A DNA stretch of 64,000 nucleotides from Octopus bimaculoides. Taxonomy: Eukaryota. A program made the position numbers and the translations under genes. The stretch is from the NCBI RefSeq assembly GCF_001194135.2, contig NC_068996.1:22261837-22325836 (forward strand), read 5' to 3'. The notes under the pieces were generated by a model. That model was given only the letters and a program-made list of their open reading frames with translations, was not told the origin of the DNA and made no database searches. Below, piece by piece: positions 27,590 through 40,916 of the stretch. The stretch's first letter is position 1, and every line of letters starts with the position of its first letter.

Positions 27590-28050
27590 AATAACAGCAC
27601 CCATGAAATGAATCCTTTTCAATGTCTGGAAGACTCCCTAGAAATAGTTGGCAGTTTCAGTTACGTAGGTGACCTAATTAGCAATGGAGTAGGGTGTTGT
27701 GAAAGTATTGTTGCCAGAATAAGGATGGTGTGGGGAAACATTCAGGGAATTATTACCTCTGCTAGTAATATAGGGATTTTCTCTGCAAATGAAGGCCAGA
27801 TTGTATGACAGTAGTATATGAAATGTGATAGTGCACAGTAACGAAACATGGCTATTAAATGTGGAGAATATGGCAAGGCAGGAAAGAAATAAGATGAGCG
27901 CTCAAACTGCAGGATGTGTAATGTCAGTGTGCATGAAGTGAAGGGACAGAAAGGATCTGAAAGAAAAACTGGGTACAAGAGAAATTCCACAGTGTGCATG
28001 AAAGGAGATAGCACTAGCTTGGTAATATAATGTGTATAACGAAAATGCTT
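27590..28050 (+). mobile_element. Decayed RTE RT C-terminal fragment
   Basis: DSLEIVGSFSYVGDLISNGVGCCESIVARIRMVWG is homologous to the RTE ORF at 14.4-14.9 kb. Confidence 0.75.
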
Positions 28051-28051
28051 G

Positions 28052-28094
<43 letters not shown>

Positions 28095-31000
28095 CAAAGT
28101 TATCCAAACAGAAAGAACCTATAAAAGAGGAAGACCAAAGAAGACATGGATGACAAAAAAAAAAAAATACTTGTAGAGGGGGATCTTAGAAAGATGACGG
28201 GCAAAAGAATTGTGACAAGTGATAAAACACTATACAGGAAAAGATACATCCAATCATGTAAGCACCGAAAATGGGCATGGAATTATAGGAAATTCATAGC
28301 CAGAACGGCAGCGAATAAAAAAAATGGTAAAAGAATAAGTTCATTGTCTGATAGTATTTTGTTATACCGTATTAAGTTAGGAGTTCCTATCCATCAAAGA
28401 CTGACTTTGCTCTTTACTCTGGGGCCAATATATAAAGTACCGGTTAAGGACTGGGTTCAAATTGGTCAAGTGTACACTCCCTTAGGATGTATGGCATTGA
28501 AGCTATGTTAGTAATCCTTATACTTACAGTATAACTGTTTTTTTTTTTGTCATTCCTCCTGCCATACACAAAATGCTACTAACACAAACCAGATGTAAAT
28601 CATCTATTTGGTTCAAGAAATGAAGACTTCCTGCACCTATTTCATTTCTCCATCGGTTTCCTTGTCAGTCTTACACTTCTTGGGTCAACCTTAATTTCAT
28701 TATCAAGCCAAAAAGGAATTTACGAAAAACAAAAAAAAAAAAGAATAGTTTATATATTTGTGCCCCTTCAGGAAAGTAATATCTAACAGACTACTAAGCA
28801 CTTCATCAAACAAGATCTGTGTTGCATTCAGTAATGACTGACATAAGTTGTGGATGAAGAGATCAGGGTGAAACATTAGATATCTCACTTCTAGCTTTTT
28901 CTCTGTTGACTCGCACTGATATAGAATGCCTTTGGTGTTTTCTGTTTTCGGTTGCCCGTATAGCTATGCGTGAATATGCATACATACACACATATTTGAC
29001 TGGATGTCTGTACATTTGTGTGTGTATGTATGTATGTATGTATATATACATACAGACACCAGCCATCTGCGCGCGCGCGTGCGTGCGTGCGTGCGTGCGT
29101 ACACACACACCATTCAGCTGCCTTTGTGTATGTGTATACCATCTGTATGTCACTTTGTACTTATACCCGCCGTCTGCCTATCTTTTATGGATATTAAATA
29201 TATTTCTTCTCACAGTACATCAACAACATAACCTCAAATGTAACTTTTCACTTATATTGATTCTGGTTACTACACTACTGCTTTCTTCACATACAACTGG
29301 TTATCTTTGTCATTATCTCACTAGTGATATATCTGTGTCACTTTATCAAACTGAAGCTCTGACTATTACATACTTCTTTTCACAGTACACCAAAACATCT
29401 CAACCTTTTGCCTTTCATTGAATTTTCTTTTATCAATGCATATCACTAAATGAAAGGTCCTCTGCTTAACCACTCAATCTGCTAGAAACCACAGTCAATT
29501 ACTCACAAAGCAAATCCTACCATCTTGTTAAAAAAAAAAATGTAAGTATGAATTAGATAATTATCTAGAATATATTATTTCTGAAAATGATGGGATGGTC
29601 AAGGCTGAAATATTTTTAATCATAAATTTGCTTGATCAGAGCTTACTTGGGCTATTAAAAACAAAAACTTCTTTCTACCATTAATTTGTGCAATTTCAAC
29701 ATTTCATCAACATTTAACATCCATTTTCCATGTGGGCATAGGCCTAAATTGATCAAACAGCTTCATTTATTCATTTCATAAGATTGAAAAAGTCTGGTCA
29801 TCCTTTTGATGTTTCCCAAACATTCTAGAAAGACGCTTCACTATGACATAACATCCATGTGGTCTTTCAGCAAAATCATTTTTTTTTTTTTTTTTAATAA
29901 TTGCTAGAGGTTATGGATAATGAGAGAAAGAAAGAATAATATATCTATTCATTCTTAAATATGTTCTGGCAGATTCAAACATAAATACTCGATTGCTGTT
30001 TCTCGAAGATTTTGTTGTTAAAATTTATGTGCAACTTAATTGGTTACACTTCTGCAACACACAAAATATTTTAATTATTTTTTCATGCAATTCCTAATAA
30101 TATTTAATTATAAAAATATAAGATTTTTTAAACATCAAATGGCTACGAGGGTCCATCCAAGTGAAACAGGAATCAAGGAGATCCATAGGAGAATAAAATG
30201 GTTTGAGAACCACTGCTTTAGACAGTGTTCATAACACATACAAATCACCAGTGTATGGTGAATATAAACAACAGCTCAGTCCAACAGGATAGCTTTGACT
30301 GAGGAGATGCACAATGAGATTCAAACAACAGTGTCATGAAGTCCCTTTACACCAGTGAATTGTGTATGTTATAACCATACATCATCTAAAAAGGAGATGT
30401 TTTCTAATGACGTAAAGCAACAGGGATCAGACACTAGCTTTTGAATTTACTAGAACATGCTGAGAATGAATTTATGTGTTATTGTTTGAATTCTCACTGA
30501 ATTATCTGAGAAAAAGATGAAAATTTAAGAGAAAACAAATTTAACAAGGTTTGTTAAGTGTTTGTTCTGTTCATGGCGATATTTGTTTGAAGAGGAGGGA
30601 TACCATTAGCGTTTTTTATTACATATCACAAATATGCACAAACTAAAGAAGGTTACCCTATATGGCTGATTGATCCACTAGAAATAGCAACCCTATGATA
30701 GGTGACATTATGTGATGTGAAGACAAGGAGATGCACAAACACACACATAATGAACTTCTTTCAGTTTCTTATTTCTTTATTGCCCACAAGGGGTTAAACA
30801 TAGAGGGGACAAACAAGGACAGACAAAGGGATTAAGTCGACTGCATTGACCCCAGTGCATAACTGGTACTTAATTTATCGACCCCGAAAGGATGAAAGGC
30901 AAAGTCGACCTCAGCGGAATTTGAACTTAGACCGTAACAGTAGACGAAATACTGCTAAGCATTTCGCCTGGCATGCTAACTTTTCTGCCAGCTCACCGCC

Positions 31001-33754
31001 TTAACTTCTTTCAGTTTCTGTCTACCAAATCCACTCACAATGCTTTGGTCAGTTCAGGGTTACAGTAGAAGACACTTGCCCAAGGTACCACATAGTGGAA
31101 CTGAACTCGAAACCTACTATATAATATCATACGCATAGTAAATGCTGATGGTCAGAAAATCATGCTTCTAAAAGTTGCCAATAGTACAAAACCAAAATAA
31201 ATTGTTTTGTGATTTAATAATACAAACATCTCACTCAAGACATACATCACACGATAAATATTAGTGTGGGTGTTTATTAATAAGCCCAATGCTTAACCAT
31301 TTCCAGTGTTGATGTATACATTTATACTCATTTCAAATAGTCAATATACATTTATATTATCTCAAAAGAAAAAAAATAAAGAACTAACTGACATTGTTTA
31401 GCCCCAGGTCAGTTCTGGTTGAACAGACTCATGATCAAAGGCATTCAAGTCAAGAATATCCAGTCATTTTTTAAAGGTTATCTGAAATGCACACCACCCA
31501 GTTAGTCCTAAATTTCAAGATAGTGGGGGTTGTGATTAAAGGTGGATTTGGCCATTATTTCTAGTAGGATAAGTGACTATGAAGAGGATCTTTTGCTGGC
31601 TTGGTGAGCAGACTGTTAGATATAGAGGAAAATGTAAACCAGATGACAGTTAAGGGGGGAAAAAAACATGCACAAACACACAGACCAATACAGACTTATA
31701 CACAGCTACACACAGACACAGAGTCACATACATAAACACATTGATGCATACCAAGACAAACACATATACATAAATACATTCACAGATGCATACACATGCA
31801 AACATATACAGACACAAACAGTCATATAGACATACAACACACTCATATAGACAAAAGCAAACACACACACTGCTAGACATACTCAGCAAAGAAAATAAGT
31901 TTTAAATGTAGAAAAAATGTTCCCAGAAAGAAATCTAGTAGACAATAATTACTCAACGGAACTGAAGAATTCCACCTACCAAAAACAAAATGTATAGTAG
32001 TTAGAGTGGGAGAAACTCTTTTTTTTTAATAACTGAAATAGTAAAAATATAACACCAAAATAAATGTAATTATTGCCTGGAGTTGGTGTATACATTAATA
32101 AATCTTTCAAGTAGTAACAACAATTAATGGAGTCAATGAAGATACTCTATACATCAGTTACATAACCTGCTTTTTTACCCAAATTGTTGTTGTAAACTAA
32201 TGTGCAGGTCACACTTCCAAATAAGTCACTAATTCAATTCTCAAAACATGTCTAGTCTTTTTGTTTTGTTTTGTTTTTGGGGGGTGGAGGGCAATAAGCA
32301 AAGACCATAGTATACAGTCTGTCCTCCCAACTGTTGCAAGTTTTCATTTATCAGCGGGTATCAATGATGCAGCAGAAAAGAGTATCAAGTTTGAATAGAG
32401 TTGAAAATTATGCTTTGGTGATGAAGTCATCATGAGACTGAAACACATACAGTTTTCTTTCATACATGTCAGAAAAATGAAAATATTGTGGGGTTGGTAT
32501 CAAAAAGGCTAAGTTTCAAAATTTATTACTTTAGTTTGAGGGTGCAAATCTAATCACTGGTTAGGTGTACATGCTATAGTTGTACATGAGTGTCTCTGTC
32601 ATATAAGCAGTATACATTTGTAATTTTCCATGAAAATATATCCAGCAATGGGGAAATATTACTTTGCTTGGAAAGGTATGAGTTTGCAACAGAAAGGGTA
32701 TCGAGAAAGAAAATGTGCCTCAAAGAATTTCATCTAATACATGCAAACATAGAAAAGTGGACATTTAAACAATGATGATGATTATTATACACCTTTTATC
32801 TATTACTTGTTGTAATCATTAGACTGCAGCCATGCTGGGATACTACCTTGAAGGGTTTAGTTTCAACAAATCAACCCCGAAACTCATTTTTATGTCCGGT
32901 GCATATTCTATCAGTCTCCTTTGCTGGACTGCTAAGACACGGGGACTTAAACTATCAGCAATATAAAGGGGGGGGGGGACAAACAACACAAACACATTAT
33001 ATATGCACACATACTAGGCTTCTTTCAGTTTGCATTTAGCAAATCCATTCACAAAGCTTTGGTCAGCTCAGGGCTATACAGTAGCAGATACTTGCCCAAG
33101 GTCCAAACAATGGGACTGAAGTCAAGACCACATGATTGAGAAGCAAGCTTTATATACACACATCTATACACAAACTGGTTTACTCTGTGCTCATGTCTTT
33201 ACCACAGCAGTTGTCTTGCAAAAATTCATGAGTAACATTTACAGTAATGATTTCCCTGCTCTGAGAAGTATTGCAATGGCTATGAACACAGCCATTTCCT
33301 CCAAGACAAACAAGTAAAGAGACAAGGAAAACAGAAAAGGACTAAGCAAGCAACATTCTGTGTAGAAGGCTGACATTTTGGAGAAAATCCTTGGTATGGA
33401 CAACAGAATGCAAACAATTTATCTCATGGATTTAAAGAAGAATTCAGTTCTAAATTTCAAGAATGCAACTACATGTAATAGGCATCTGAAGAAGGCTGGA
33501 AGGTCCACACACATACAGGTACACATATACACACACACACACATGTATGTGTACACACGCATGCACATACATGCCATACATACACATACATATATTGTTT
33601 TTGTCTTCACCACATTACTAGTTAACATTTGATGTAGCAATTATTTAATTGACTTAAATATTCTCTGCATTATGTTTGTTTAACACTGTCTGCTATCTAT
33701 CAAAAACAGAACAATTCCCAAATAAACTCTTGGTGATAAATTTTGTAAAATTAA

Positions 33755-33928
33755 CCCTTTACCTGTCCAAAACTTCTAGTTAAACTTTGTAATATAAAGT
33801 ATTCCTTTCATAAGTCCCCACTCACTCTGGTGTTTGAAAAAAATTGGTAAAGTGTATCATATATGATGCATGGACACCAGGGAAATACGTTTTGTGTGTC
33901 ACATGCGATACACAGGTCATGTAAAGGG
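33755..33928. mobile_element. TTAA-flanked MITE, family 3
   Basis: TTAA|CCCTTTAC...GTAAAGGG|TTAA. The interior is unlike families 1 and 2. Confidence 0.7.
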
Positions 33929-35744
33929 TTAATTTCATTCCTTGAAGAAGAAAAATGAACTCCAATAAAGGGGAAATGAAAAATAGAAAATAAAAAAATA
34001 CTTTCTCAGACTTTCACATTATTGATATGGGTGCTGGCAGCTCCCCAACCACACGGTTTCAGGTTCAGTCCCACTGGATGGCACCTTGAGAAAGTATTAA
34101 CAGCGCCCCAGGTCCACCAGAAGTCTTCAGAGTAGATTTGACAGAAACTGAAAGGTATGTGTGTGTGTGTGCATGCATGCATCCATGCGCCTTTATCTTG
34201 ACATTGCATGAGTTGTAAATAAGTGTTACTGTCATACAAACAGTGTCGTTCATTTCTAATATTCTGTAAAAACACATCTGACTCTGGAGAAATATTAAAT
34301 ATGCTGATAGTAATTTTTATCAACAACAGATGTATGATAAAATGCCAAGGTCCAGTATGATCTCATTATTTATGTCCACACCTTTGGTAATTTCTAAACA
34401 AATTCAACTTTACCCTTTTATTACTATTTTTCTGTTAAAATACACTGCATCTGTTTCAATTAACTTTGAAAATAATGAAGAATTTAGAAAAAAAGCAATT
34501 TTGTCACAATTAAGCTGGTGTTTGGAACACACATTGAAATAAAATTTTGATGGACCAGTTAGACCATTTTAATCCTTTTGTAACCATGTTTGTTGAAATA
34601 TAAAATTTTTGTTTCAATTAATTTCAAAAATGTAGTAAAATAACTCATTACTAAGATAAAATTTTAATGGAGATAAAATTTTAATGGAGGTTTTTTTTTT
34701 TTTAGATCCCTTTAAAACTAGGAATTTGTAACACAATTAAGGATGGTTTTGGGTGGGTTGGTATCAAAAGAGTTAAAGATCAGTAGTCCAGAAAATATCT
34801 CAAAAGAAGCATGTGACTTAAGATACTATAACAAAATATAGATAATAAACCAAAGCACAAATTAATTAGCTTCTGTTTGATTCAAACAATCTATTTATTT
34901 TTCTTGCAAAATATAATCAAGGAGATTTGTAAAATGCCATTTAATAAAAATGGTGGTGTAGTGGGTTAAAAAAAGAAATTAATTACCATTATCATTATCA
35001 TCAACATTTAACATCCATTTTTCATGTTGGCATGGGTTGGATGGCTTGACAGAAACTAGCAAGGCCAGGGGCCACAGCAGGTTCCATAGTCTATTTTGAC
35101 TTGGTTTCTATGGCTGGTGTTTCTTACGAGTTTTATTTGAAATTTACTCAAGCAACTCCAGTATATTACAGGCAGCTAGTTTGTCATCTCCAAAAGGTTG
35201 GAAACTCATGTCATCTTCAGCAAGAATTGAACTCACAATGGTGAGGCAGGCACTACATGGTACTCCAAACATACAAGTGCAGGATTATGGCTCAGTGAGG
35301 AGAAACAAACCTAGGCTGACTATTCAAACTGAATCTAATTGCTAAGTGGCTTAGAATTCTAAGTTCAAGTATTGTTTTTGTATGAATGGAAGTGTCATTA
35401 CAATGGGTTTAGTAAAATAGCAAAAGATTCAAATGCTGGGCATATTAAACTGAAGTATTCAGCTGGTTCCACAGTCTCTAGACATCTTAACTACTACGAG
35501 AGTAATTTTGAATAATTACCAATATTTCAATGACAAACAAAAAAGGGCAGCCTTTTTTACTTATGAGAGTAAGGGTACACCTTTTCCTTTTAGGAGTGGA
35601 ATAACATGAGATTATATATAATATGAGAAGTGCTTTTACACAGTGCCCAGGAACCAAACCTATGAATCCTACAAGTGTGAGCCCCAAATCCCAACCAACA
35701 GGCAATGCTCTTTTCCAGTCTGTGTGTGTAAATGTGTATATATG

Positions 35745-35918
35745 CAGGGTTGGCCAAAACTCACCTGACAGTAAATCAAAATTCCATAAAGAATATTCAA
35801 ATTTATTTATTCATTCCAGTTATGAATGTTTACAAGAAGGACTTCAGTTGTTAAATATAAATAAATCTTGGAATTAAATGGTTTTGATTTACTGTCAGAT
35901 GACTTTTGGCCAACCTTG
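35745..35918. mobile_element. Tc1/mariner-type MITE, 174 bp
   Basis: TIRs CAGGGTTGGCCAAAA.TCA.CTGACAGTAAATCAAAA and TTTTGATTTACTGTCAGATGACTTTTGGCCAACCTTG, in TA-rich flanks. Confidence 0.85.
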
Positions 35919-36132
35919 TATATANNNNNNNNNNNNNNNNNNNNNNNNNNNNNNNNNNNNNNNNNNNNNNNNNNNNNNNNNNNNNNNNNNNNNNNNNNNN
36001 NNNNNNNNNNNNNNNNNNNNNNNNNNNNNNNNNNNNNNNNNNNNATATATATATATATATAATGGGGTGTGGCAAAAACCTCCCATATTATATACACACA
36101 TACGTGCAAAGTTTTTTGTCATATCCTATATA

Positions 36133-36968
36133 CAGGTTGTGGTGAATAAACTATCTTCTAGATTTCACAAAAATGAAAACCAACTCTGACATCTCAGTTT
36201 AACAGATATATTTACCAAAATTATGTAAAAATATCTTGAAATACTAAAGAGTAAATTTATTCAACAAAATCACCATTGGCTTCAACCACAGCCTCCAGAC
36301 AACTTTGAAATCTCCTGCAACTCTTCTGGACAGTCTCCTTGTTTAAGTTGGTGAATGCAGCCATAATTCTTACCTTCAGTTCATCTTTGGTTTTGAAACA
36401 AGGAGTTTTGTTGGTCTCTTGCTCAACTGTGCCCCACACATAATAGTCAAATCTGGAGGGTCAGGTGGCCAGATGTTAAGGGTGATGTGGCTGCAGAAAT
36501 TGTGTGACAGCCATGACTAGATTCTCTTGCTTGTGTGGCATGGTGCAGAGTCCTGTTGCCAGACATAGGGTCTTCACCCAGGGCAGCACTACCTCCACCA
36601 TGCACTTGATTTCGTCTGAGGCAGTATGAGAAGGTGAATGGAGGCATAATATTGCCATCACTAGTGATCACTCCAATCACCATATTGTTGACTGGATGTT
36701 TGATTTTTACCACTCTCAGTTCATGTCCTCAGACTGACACCCAAAGACTCTGAAATGTTTGTATTGGAGCTTCTAGTGCTAATGCCAAGCAGTACAGTAT
36801 GTCATTTGCAAATTTCTGGCAGGGTGAATTGCATCATGGTGCTGTTTTTCTCACAGATGGTGCCCAACTGACCCTAGTATACTGTGCAATCGACAAAATC
36901 AATAACAAACAATGCACATGCATGAAATTAAAAATATAAAATGGCAACAATTTACCCATCACACCCTG
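36133..36968 (-). mobile_element. Internally deleted Tc1/mariner-superfamily transposon, probably DD37D (maT)
   Basis: TA-flanked imperfect TIRs (CAGGTTGTGGTGAATAAACT / CAGGGTGTGATGGGTAAATT). Minus-strand remnants read HPV..MV.GVITSDG..MPP, RPYVWQQDSAPCHTSKR, WPPDPPD..LDYYVWGTVE and KDELKVRIMAAF. Confidence 0.88.
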
Positions 36969-38914
36969 TATATATATACAGACCAAAGTTTTGCATCTGG
37001 ATTTGGTAGACAGAAACAAAAAGAAGCCCTTTTATGTGTGTATGTATGCATCTGGGTTTACCCTCACCACTGCTTGACAGTCAGTGGTGGTTTGTTTACA
37101 TCAACATAATGTATCAGTTCAACAAAAGAGACTGATAGAATAAGTACCAAACTTTAAAAAAAATAAGCACTGGAGTCAATTTGTTTGACTATATCTTTCA
37201 AGGGAGTGCCCAGCATGACCACAGTCCAAAGACTGAAGTAAGAAAAGGATAAAAGATAAATATCTTTGTTGATTCACCAAACAGCAAGATAAATTACAAG
37301 ACAATACATATATGTACAGTAACAATGTTCATAAATAAAATTTTAATCAAACAGCTCTAAAATCCCCAACTCCACTGTTTCCGCTGACAATTTGAGCCTG
37401 GTGTCTCATAAATCATTGAATATTTGAATATATTTTGAAATAATATGAAAAAGTAATCAGGAAACACTTATCTCAATGTTTTAACAAGTCCTTCTGCAGA
37501 TATTTATACACACTAACTCTCTTCTCTATTTTTATGTCACGTTGCTACATCAGACCTAACAAAGATGAAAAAGTGCTTCGCATTGATGTTAATGTCTATT
37601 TAGCATTTCTTTATATTGTGAATGCATCCATTAAGTTTTTGGTTTAGTTTGTAGTGGCAGAACAATGAAGACCCATCTTGATTCCCAATCACATGGTTTG
37701 GGATTCAGTATCACTGTGCAACACCTTGAACAAGTGTCTACTATAACCCTGGGCTGAACAAAACTTTGTGAATGGATTTGGTAGATGGAAACTGAAAGAA
37801 GTTTCCCCCCCCCCATCTTCGACACACATACTCACACATGATATATGTATATGTGTCTCCTTGTCTTCACATCTTGTGACAATTGTAAATGAGAGTCTCT
37901 GTTATGCATGCATAGAAAAGAAAACATTAAAAACTGATGATATGTCTAAATAAGTGATGAGCTTTCCATGTTTTTTTTTTTTTTACAAAAATTGTGTGCC
38001 TTGAACTATATTAGCTTGGATTAAAATGTGTTTGATCTAAAATTATAGGGTGTGCTTAGTGTGATTTGGTTACTATTTCTAAACGATCAAATGACAACAG
38101 AGGTTCAGCTTACCCTGTTAACTCGAATATAAGAGGTATTTCTAATGGGTATTTATTTCGAAGCATAGTTTTATAGCTGAATGCATTGTGTTGCCAGGCA
38201 ATTAGTTTTAAATTCAACAAGGGATGTCAACGTCACCACTAGTTTAGATAAGGTGGCAACATAGAATATCGATATCCATGCACATTTACTCACATATGCA
38301 TAGGGAAAGTATCATCACCATATAATCTTCCTCATTGATGGCATTTGATGGAGTGGAACTTCTGTGGCTGGGTGCCCTTTCTGTCACCAACCCTTGTCTG
38401 TTTCCAAACAAAGTAATATTTCCCTTTGGCCAGACATACTTTTTACAGAAGACTGGAAACAAGCATCACTTGTATGATGGTGATTCTCATTTACAATCAT
38501 CACACACGTTTCTTTCAGTTTCCATCTATGAAATCCACTCATAAGTACTGATATGAAAAAGATCTGTAAGTGGAGTATGCTTGTAATAAAGATTCTTTAA
38601 ATTCAAGCACAATTGATGGCACCTGATGATGAATGAATACTGTATAGTGCATGCATCATTGAGGTTAACTTTTTTTGTGTTTAAGCCATGTGTGCTGCAA
38701 ATCATTAAAAGAGGAATGAAAAACTGAAGTATTTTAGATCTGAATGAGTTAATAGGGTGAATGGAATAAAATGAGGTTACATAATCACATTCAAAAACAT
38801 GTTTCTTTACTCTCATCAAATTTAGCTAATAGCCTCTCTAAATAGTTAATCTACTATAATTACAGCAATCAACATCATATAGGACATTTTCCATGACTAT
38901 TATGTTTGCCTCTT

Positions 38915-39110
38915 ATGCAGGTGGCACGTAATAAACACCACTTGAGCATGGCTGTAAAAGCAGCCACTACACTCTCGGAGTGGTTGGCGTTAGGAAGGGC
39001 ATCCAGCTGTAGAAACTCTGCCTGGTGTAGCCATCTGGTTCGTCAGTCCTCAGTCAAATCGTCCAACTCATGCTAGCATGGAAAGTGGATGTTAAATGAT
39101 GATGATGATT
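38915..39110 (+). mobile_element. RTE LINE 3' UTR fragment with (GAT)n tail
   Basis: GAGTGGTTGGCGTTAGGAAGGGCATCCAGCTGTAGAAAC...GGATGTTAAATGATGATG. Confidence 0.75.
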
Positions 39111-39581
39111 TACTATAATTATTCAGTAGTAATATTCAAAATACTAATAAAAAATTTTTTTTCTTAACTTGCCCTGCCTGTAAAAACAAAAAGGGGCACT
39201 GTCTATAGCCTTCATATGCTCTCCAATCCTCAAAAATCTGCATAAGTGAACACCTGCAGGAAAGATATGAGCAGGTGAGGAATTCCAGAGAGATAATGTT
39301 CCAGGAAGGAAGGACTGAACATGGGACTTCAGAGGTGGGGGGGGGGGACACATTAAGGATGTCGATAGGATGAGACTGGACACACTAAGGATGTTGATAG
39401 GATGAGAGACAAGCCAGATGAAAATACCAGAATATGGAGGTAATATGAACCCAGTAAGTTCTGATGGGCAGATGCTGTTAGAGTACTTGTAAAATCAGTA
39501 GAGAGAGGAAAGAGCATGCCTGTGAACGAAATGCAGGAGTATGTATGTTATTGACTATTTAGTTGAGAGAGGTGGGAAGGA

Positions 39582-40100
39582 AGAGAGAGAGAGAGCGAGA
39601 GCAAGAGAGGGGGAGAGAGAGCAAGAGAGTGAGAAATAGAGAGAGCAAGAGAGTGAGAGATAGAGAGAGCAAGAGAGAGATAAAGACCAAGAGAGGGAGA
39701 AAGAGGGGGGGATAGAGAGAGCAAGAGAGGGAGAGAGAGAGAGCAAGAGAGGGAGAGAGAGAGCAAGAGAGGGAGAGAGAGAACAAGAGAGGAAGAGAGC
39801 GAGAGATAGAGAGCGAGAGAGAGAGAGAGAGAGAGAGCAAGAGAGAGATAAAGACCAAGAGAGGGAGAAAGAGGGGGGATAGAGAGAGCAAGAGAGGGAG
39901 AGAGAGAGAGCAAGAGAGGGAGAGAGAGAGAGCAAGAGAGGGAGAGAGAGAACGAGAGGGAGAGAGAGAGAGCAAGAGAGGGAGAGAGAGAACAAGAGAG
40001 GAAGAGAGCGAGAGATAGAGAGCGAGAGAGAGAAAGAGCAAGAGAGAGGGCGAAAGAGCGAGAGAGAGAGAGAGAGAGAGCGAGATAGCAAGAGAGAGAC
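39582..40100. repeat. Complex GA-rich minisatellite
   Basis: Built from GAGCAAGAGAGGGAGAGA units. Larger blocks recur: TAAAGACCAAGAGAGGGAGAAAGAGGGGGG at 39681 and 39850, GAACAAGAGAGGAAGAGAGCGAGAGAT at 39781 and 39990. Confidence 0.9.
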
Positions 40101-40649
40101 AGATTTAATCTTTCACCTGCTTTAAAACTTCCAACTTGCCTATGGGTGTCTAACTGTTCCCACAAGGTCCTGGTTTAAAGGTAATTCATCATTTGTTTTT
40201 TTTTATTCAACCCTCTCTCCAACGAGCTTGCTATAAAGTCAAGAGTGCTGCCCTTCCATTTATTCATATTGTTTTGAATTAATCATGCATTATCTTCTAG
40301 CTTAGAAGTTTCAATAACATGTGTGCTTATTTTCAAAATAATATTGTAGTATATGTGTGAGAGGCAGATCTGGCCAATCTGAACTAAAACATGTAGAATA
40401 TTTTGGCCAGATATGGCCAGTTTACATAATTCTGTTATTGGAGTACCACATGCTTATATGAATTTTATAATGACTTGCACATTTATTCTTAATATGTCCT
40501 AGTAGCTTCTAACACAAATATGCTAATCACTTGTGTTTCATCATTGAAGAACAGCTTCTTTACAACACCTGTGTGTTCATAACACACCCAATTCGTTAGT
40601 ACAAGGGATTCTGGGATACCAGTGTTTCAACGTGGTATCTTGTCTAGAA

Positions 40650-40916
40650 CAGGGGTTTTCAAACTGTGGTCCACAAGGACAAGACAGGGGGTCCGTGGAC
40701 AGCAAATACTTTTTATGGGCAATTTGATTTTATATATGTTTTTTAATCAAACTCTTTTAATTGACAATAAACCTATTTGTTAAATACTGTTAAATAAATA
40801 AATGTAAAAATATATGTTATTTTAAGCAAATATTCATGTGTAAATTTCATAAGCGTTTATAAGATAAAGCCTGAAATATAAAGGGGTCTGCAAGTCAAAA
40901 AGTTTGAAAACCCCTG
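40650..40916. mobile_element. hAT-type (Charlie-like) MITE, 267 bp
   Basis: 16-bp perfect TIR CAGGGGTTTTCAAACT / AGTTTGAAAACCCCTG, with 8-bp TSD GTCTAGAA / ATCTAGAA. Confidence 0.9.

Noticed and set aside
39548-40165. Three overlapping 160-205-aa ORFs rich in Ser/Leu
   Set aside because: They are translations of the GA minisatellite, with no domain or splice context.
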